Made by a program: the position numbers and the translations under genes. A stretch of DNA of 64,000 bases from Botryllus schlosseri. Its lineage: Eukaryota. Below are positions 58,101-64,000 of this stretch, piece by piece (the first letter of the stretch is position 1; each line of letters opens with the position of its first letter). The stretch lies in contig CM119371.1 of assembly GCA_051294905.1 (NCBI GenBank), positions 8,868,001-8,932,000 on the forward strand, read 5' to 3'. The notes beneath the pieces were generated by a model. It had not been told where the DNA came from, made no database searches, and saw nothing but the letters and a program-made list of their open reading frames with translations.

Positions 58101-59754
58101 TAGTTTATGGTGCCGGACAAAATTTGTTAAAATAATGAGTGTTAGACATCATGCGAGAGGACGATCGTATGTAGTCATACGTATTCTTCCGTGGGGGAGT
58201 TGTCAAATATGATGTTTAATTTATGTTCATTCACCAAAACAATTTAGGGCACCCTTCGAGCTCATCAATTGGGGGTTTGGGTTGCAGCAGTTTCGGTCCT
58301 GATAAGAGGTCAGTCGGCATTTTTGGGACTTAGGTATTGGAAATATTTCGTGCTTTGATCGCGTTCGACGCCTTCGACTATAATAAAACATATATTAATT
58401 GTGTGTGGCATATACAGGGCAAAATGAAAGTTGTTATAACAACGATCGGGTACGAACCCATACCCTGAGGTTTGAACCATCCCGAATTCACATCTTCGAT
58501 TGACAATACGGAGAATTAAAGGTATTGGATTTTGTCTTATTGCTTTGTTTAGAACTATAAATAAGCCAACTGAGAATGGGATGTATATATTTATACCTAC
58601 ATTGAATTTAGTACTGTACCCAGTTATTAATTTTAGCATGAATGTGTTCCAAACAAATAAACCCATATTATATAACGTTCATGTGAGGTTGGAAACCATA
58701 TCACTAGACAGTATCATTCTTAATGATACGATGAAGAAATATTCTGACGATTTAATTTGGTAGCTCTCAACTACAAGTATATTTATTCATTCATTTCTTG
58801 CACAAAACCTGAAAACTTATTTTATGTACGAGGGGCTCTCACTCTCAAAAGTGATATACAGCGCCTCCTTCTTCGATTTTCCACGCTGTGCGCTGCGGGA
58901 TAAAATACCTAATTCGAAACATTTTGTTGAAGAAAAACTAGCAAGCGTGACGGCAGTGTTTTAACGGGAAATTGCCGTTATAAAAGTACGTGTAATTCGT
59001 TTTACATGAATTATAATGACCCACTACATTTATGAAAACATATGCAGCAAACATCGTCGCGAAGCGCGACCAGAAATTTCGGAATTGGACATGTTTTGTG
59101 GGATGTTGATTTGTTCCGAATACTATTCAGGATATTTCACACTACAACATCATCTACTTCGAAGCCATTTTTCCTCAGCACCCCTCCCTATCGACCCCCA
59201 CCCCCTGAGCCCAGCGCCCCCAATATCGCCCACTGAGCGTTTTCGCCCCCTTTCAAATCGGCAGCGCCCCTGGGGGTGATGAAGGCAAGGTTAAGAACCA
59301 CTGATTTATAATGTTATGAGGCCAGAATTGCTGATAATCGAATACTAGACCTCCAGTCGAAGCCGATTACTCGATTCAGAATGAAAGCCATCGGGTATTC
59401 GATTTTCCCAGCAAAATCGAAGAATTTTTTTTTTGAAATTCTGCAAGTATCTCACGCAAGAAAAGATCACTCTGCTGCTATCCCGACTGAAAGCGACATC
59501 TTTTGCGCATACTCTTAGCGAAAAGACTATATTGTTCACACCCGTGTTATGAACCAACGCTTGAGTTCCAAATTGTGAAGATGTGACTGTTGGTATTATT
59601 GCTGTAATATAACCATGAGATCTTTATAGATCAGTGCTCAGGTTTGATAACCTCGGCCTGTATTTCAGAGAAGATTCATCATAGAATGTATTCAATATTC
59701 GTATTTTCGGTATTGTCTTCTACGCTAGCTAATTAATACCACGTTATTTATATC

Positions 59755-62700
59755 ATGGCACAAGGGGGTCGAGATTACAAGTCTGGTGTCGCTGATGGCA
59801 AGGATACATCATCGTCACCTGGGATTAGCGGTAAGTAATGTTTGTTGTATTTGATGTTAGTCTTATTATTAAGATTCATGAAAATGTTATTGCAGTAAAA
59901 CATTTATTCAACTCGAAGGCTTTTCGGGTGTCTATTTTCAAGAGTTAACTGCTCACTGAAAATGGCTATCCTGAACATCTATTGAAATGCCCCATCGCAA
60001 GGGTGTTAAAACGTTCGGATCTATCTCCAAATTATGGACCAGAAAAATGCCCGGCATTTTTGCATCTACCTTGGCTAGGTAACGTGTCCAATCGTTTTGA
60101 AAAGTTGATCAAATCGACGGTGCACCGTTGTTATTATAGTGTAAATGCGCATCTGGTGTATACAACCAAACCACTTTTGCCAAACTTCCGAAAGGATGTA
60201 CTTCCTGCCTTTAATGCAAGTATCGTCATCAACGAATTGAAAAGCCACTGTGATAGTATGTATGTAGGACGTACATCACAAAGATTGTTTGAACGGATAA
60301 CGCAACACATTCCCAAATTGATTTGCTCAAAAACTTGCGCAAATGACCGTACGGAGTTCGCACGGCACCGCAAATTATAGCTGCAAAACCGACTGTTACG
60401 ATGATTACCAAGCATATGCTTCGGCAATTGGCCAACATTTAAATGAGAACCCTTCTTGTGCTCAAAACTATAATGATCAAATATTTACTGTAATTGCGCG
60501 AGGTATATCCTTGTTTTATTTCAAAGTCTTAGAATCAACGAGCATCCAATTGACCAAGCCTATTTTATGTAGACAAAAAGATTTTCTGTATAACTTAGAA
60601 ATTTTCCATTAGCGCGTTCTAAGATCGTGTTTGTCGTTGTTTAGTTACAATTGCTATGTTACTAGGGTACCGTACAGTTCAAAGTTTGTTATTGTTGCCA
60701 TTGTCCCATTGCGGACTTCATGGTATGTAATTTCTAATTGTTGCATCGTATTTTGCCTTCTGTTTAAATCCCTCCGGTGTGCCGTTAACTCTTGAAAAGA
60801 GGCACCCGAAAAGTCTTCGAGTTGAATAAATATTTTACTGCAATGGATGTTGTATTAAAAGCTATCTTCGAGTTCTGTACCACGAACCAACTATTTGACA
60901 ATAATACCCATAAAAAAGAGTTGTGAAGTTATTTCAATACAGTGCATTTCGATCGCAGTGCAAATAATATTCCGAAAGATATCTTGAAAATAACGGAATC
61001 AATAAATCTTATAAGACTTGGCTATGTATGGAGCCTGACAAGAAATACAATAATAACATATGTCTTAGGATCAGCAACTTTAGCTGAGGGAGAAAATGCT
61101 ATTCTGAAGTTTACAAAGAGCCCTGTTAATGTCGTGGCCGGGGATCAGGTGAACCAGGTGAACAAGATCGTTTACAACATTACCGGTGATGTGGCCCCTC
61201 TCGCGAGACAAGGTTAGTATAATGATCTTAAATTCTATACGGAATCCTACTTGTCTGAATAAGTTGGATGACACTGTCCTAATTTAAGTAAATACTATTT
61301 CACGAAATTTCTTACTGGCGATATGATTGGCAGTTTTGATATATTTTCTAATTTAAGCTCTTTATTCTGCAGGCGTTAATGACAGGAAATTGATAAACGT
61401 TTTAAACGACAATACTCGACAAGAAACGTCACATGGTATTCGCGAAGACTTCAAGAATGAAATTGTTCGCGAACCTGATTTCGAAGTTTTCCCGCAGATG
61501 AAGAAAGTCAGTGTTGATGACTACTACAAAGGTCGTTTCCGAGAAAGCAATTCTTCAAATGGCGAAACTGTTCGTGAATCTGGAACGAAAAGTTTTCAAA
61601 GTCAGTTGATAGAAGAAGTCGGCTTTCGCCGTCAACAAGACAACGACGGTAAATCGATAACAATGGAACAGATAATGGCATCAATTTCAAAAATTGAGAA
61701 ATTAACTCCAGATGATGAAGTTGGTTACACTGCCATCGTCGCGTCTGCAGGATCGGGCAAGAGTACTCTCCTGCGTCGAATCGCTCGAAAAGCGCTCGAA
61801 ACTCTCTCTGCGAACGAAAAGGGTGAATCAAATCCGTTAGAGAAAACTAATTTCTTTCATCGATTTCTCCGCAGAGTTTGGGGAATGTTTGCTGTGAAAG
61901 AAATAGGTGTATGCGGTCCATCCGAACTACAACTGGAGCTAAAAATGATACATTACGTCGAATTGAAGAACATGGTAGAAGAAAACTGTATAAAGGCATC
62001 AAAGTTTTTATTCGGCGGACTGTTTAAAAGTGAATCCGAAGAGGATGAAGCTTTCGAATGGTTGTTGGAGCATCAATCCGAAGCCATTATTATTTTTGAC
62101 GGGCTTGATCAAGTGAAGTGGGATTTCGAGGAGTCTAGCGTGCGAAAAATCAAAACGTACGAAAAAGCGAGTACCTCGACCATCATGTACAACATCTTAT
62201 CACGCAGAATCCTTCGTCATGTCAAAATCATTGTGGCGTCACGTGAATTCAAAGTGTCCGAGTTACCCCCGGAGGCACGTCCGGAAGAAATCATCACACT
62301 TAATGGTCTCACACAGCAAGACGCTTGTAAACTGTTTACTTTTCTGCTCTGTGAGAACGGGCAGCGTCTCTGGAAAAAGATTGAAGTCATGTCACCGCGA
62401 TTATTGCAACTAGTATCAGTACCGGTTTTTCTAATTTTGATAGCAGTGGTGATGGGAATTGATCCTGATAGACCTCCTCCATCTACCGTGACAAAACTGT
62501 ACAGCAGGATCCTGTTAGTCTTACAAAGTGTGAAAAATATCCACAATCGTAAGGAAATCATGTCGATCATAAACAAATTGAAGGCAATGGCGTTTGAAGG
62601 CATGAAAGACAGACGAGTCGTGTTCTACCAGGCAGATTTGAATCGGTTTGGAGTTTCCGCGGACGAAGTACAAGATTTGATGACGAAAGTTCCTGGCAAT

Positions 62701-64000
62701 AATATCCTCAGCCGTCACTTGATGGAAGGCGATTTTACATTCTTCTTCTGTCACCAAAGCATGCAAGAATTCGTGGCAGCTTGTTTTATCTCCGAAATGA
62801 ATCTCAACACGTTTTCTCGGTTTAATGACGAACATCTACATAAGAAACGATGGTCCGTAGTTCGAAGATTCGTCACAGGCATCGTTTACATGAAATCTTC
62901 TAACGACCTTTACAGCGGTATGTAATTATTGTTTTCCACAGCTATTTTACCGCAACACCGATTGATTATTAAGGGTCCCTAATAGTTTATCGTGACTTTG
63001 ATAGCATCGTCAAAGGGGTGGAATAGACGAACGATCTTAAATGCATACACAGCCGGCTAAAAAACTGCTTACATTCAGTCGAAAAAATAAAACTTTACAT
63101 CCAAAATATGCATAGGTTCGTGGGATATGGTTGCGCCAAAACAAAGCGAAAGAGTGTGTATTTACACCTGTGTACCACCCCGGATATACGGGAGTGAATA
63201 TACAGTATACCCACGACACACGAAACCTGCATCTACCTCAGATTTATACCGCAATTTAAATCCGAGTATGAAATTTTAATCCAAACTATGCATGCACTTA
63301 GGAACGCAGAAATGTATGCCCGTAGGATTTATGACCGCAATATAATTTCTAGTTATGTTCTGTTTTCATGCACCACCCTTTTCGGCACTTTGGGTTTTAA
63401 TACATGCCCTTTTCGGTTAAAGTGGGTTGTTGGCTAGTGTCTGGCTACACGACACAAACTTCGACTACTTGCAAAATCCATTCGAAAAGTAGAATGGGTC
63501 GCAAAAACAGGCATATGGAAGAAAAGCATCATATATTGACTTTGTTAAAGAAGAGAAGTTACGTGATTACTGTAGGTAGATTTATTAGGGTAACGTGGGA
63601 GACCAAGTTGATATTGTATCTCAATATCCTGGATTCAGTAGGCCTATGTGTCTTTGTTGCGTATGTGTGGATTTTGTGAACTATATTCCAGAGTTTATTT
63701 GCTCGACTTCAACCGTGTGTAAGCGCAGTAGCGTAAATCTTACAATTTTTACGATAACGAGACAATGATATATCGTATTGCTTTATAGTTTCGGATCAAG
63801 CGAAAAAGCAAGAAGTTCTCTCTAAATCGATCCGTTCCCAACTTCAGAAGAGGACTGGACACATGCGCATAGAACTATACACAGCAATCTACGAGTCCTG
63901 GGACGACAATCTTATGAAAGATAACGATGTAGTCGGTGCAAATGCGATCGCATTGAGTGGCGATGAAGTTCATATCATTGGATCGCTTGCAGCAAGGAAT
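59755..64000 (+). CDS. NACHT-domain NLR-like gene, spliced, runs off the window; predicted exons 59755-59830, 61069-61212, 61373-62917, 63789->64000
   Basis: Walker A ASAGSGKSTL, Walker B IIIFDGLDQ, IIVASR, VPVFL, FCHQSMQEFVAA; GT/AG sites all phase 1 and joining in frame. Confidence 0.85.
59889..60844 (+). mobile_element. Penelope-like 3' fragment with inverted terminal copy, in NLR intron 1
   Basis: ENGYPE..., YVGRTSQRLFERITQH, SAIGQHL, VLESTSI; 59889-59949 is the reverse complement of 60784-60844 (degenerate hammerhead-containing end). Confidence 0.8.

Overview
Repeat-rich eukaryotic (animal-like; marine invertebrate/tunicate-like is only an impression) genomic DNA. The main feature is a co-oriented minus-strand gene array at 13.4-31.7 kb that looks like an unusual enveloped reverse-transcribing element. 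In order it has a small TM ORF, gag (CCHC knuckle, PPxY), a -1 frameshift site and pol (protease, RT, RNase H). Pol has no integrase and instead ends in a Tpt1/KptA RNA 2'-phosphotransferase-like domain. A free-standing IS1595/ISXO2 (Merlin-type) DDE transposase follows where an integrase would be expected, then two paralogous envelope glycoproteins, one fusion-like and one with a mucin stalk. Upstream lie a second ISXO2 paralog, a pair of paralogous ~170-aa ORFs and orphan 181-aa and ~368-aa ORFs. A 151-bp near-identical direct repeat at 12941 and 48630, with a permuted internal segment, may bound a ~36-kb element. The rest of the window holds many hAT-type MITEs with 8-bp TSDs, a P/Galileo-like foldback element, an intact hAT transposon, Penelope-like remnants with hammerhead motifs, and the 5' part of a spliced NACHT (NLR-like) gene. 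All family assignments come from motif recognition by eye; no searches were run.
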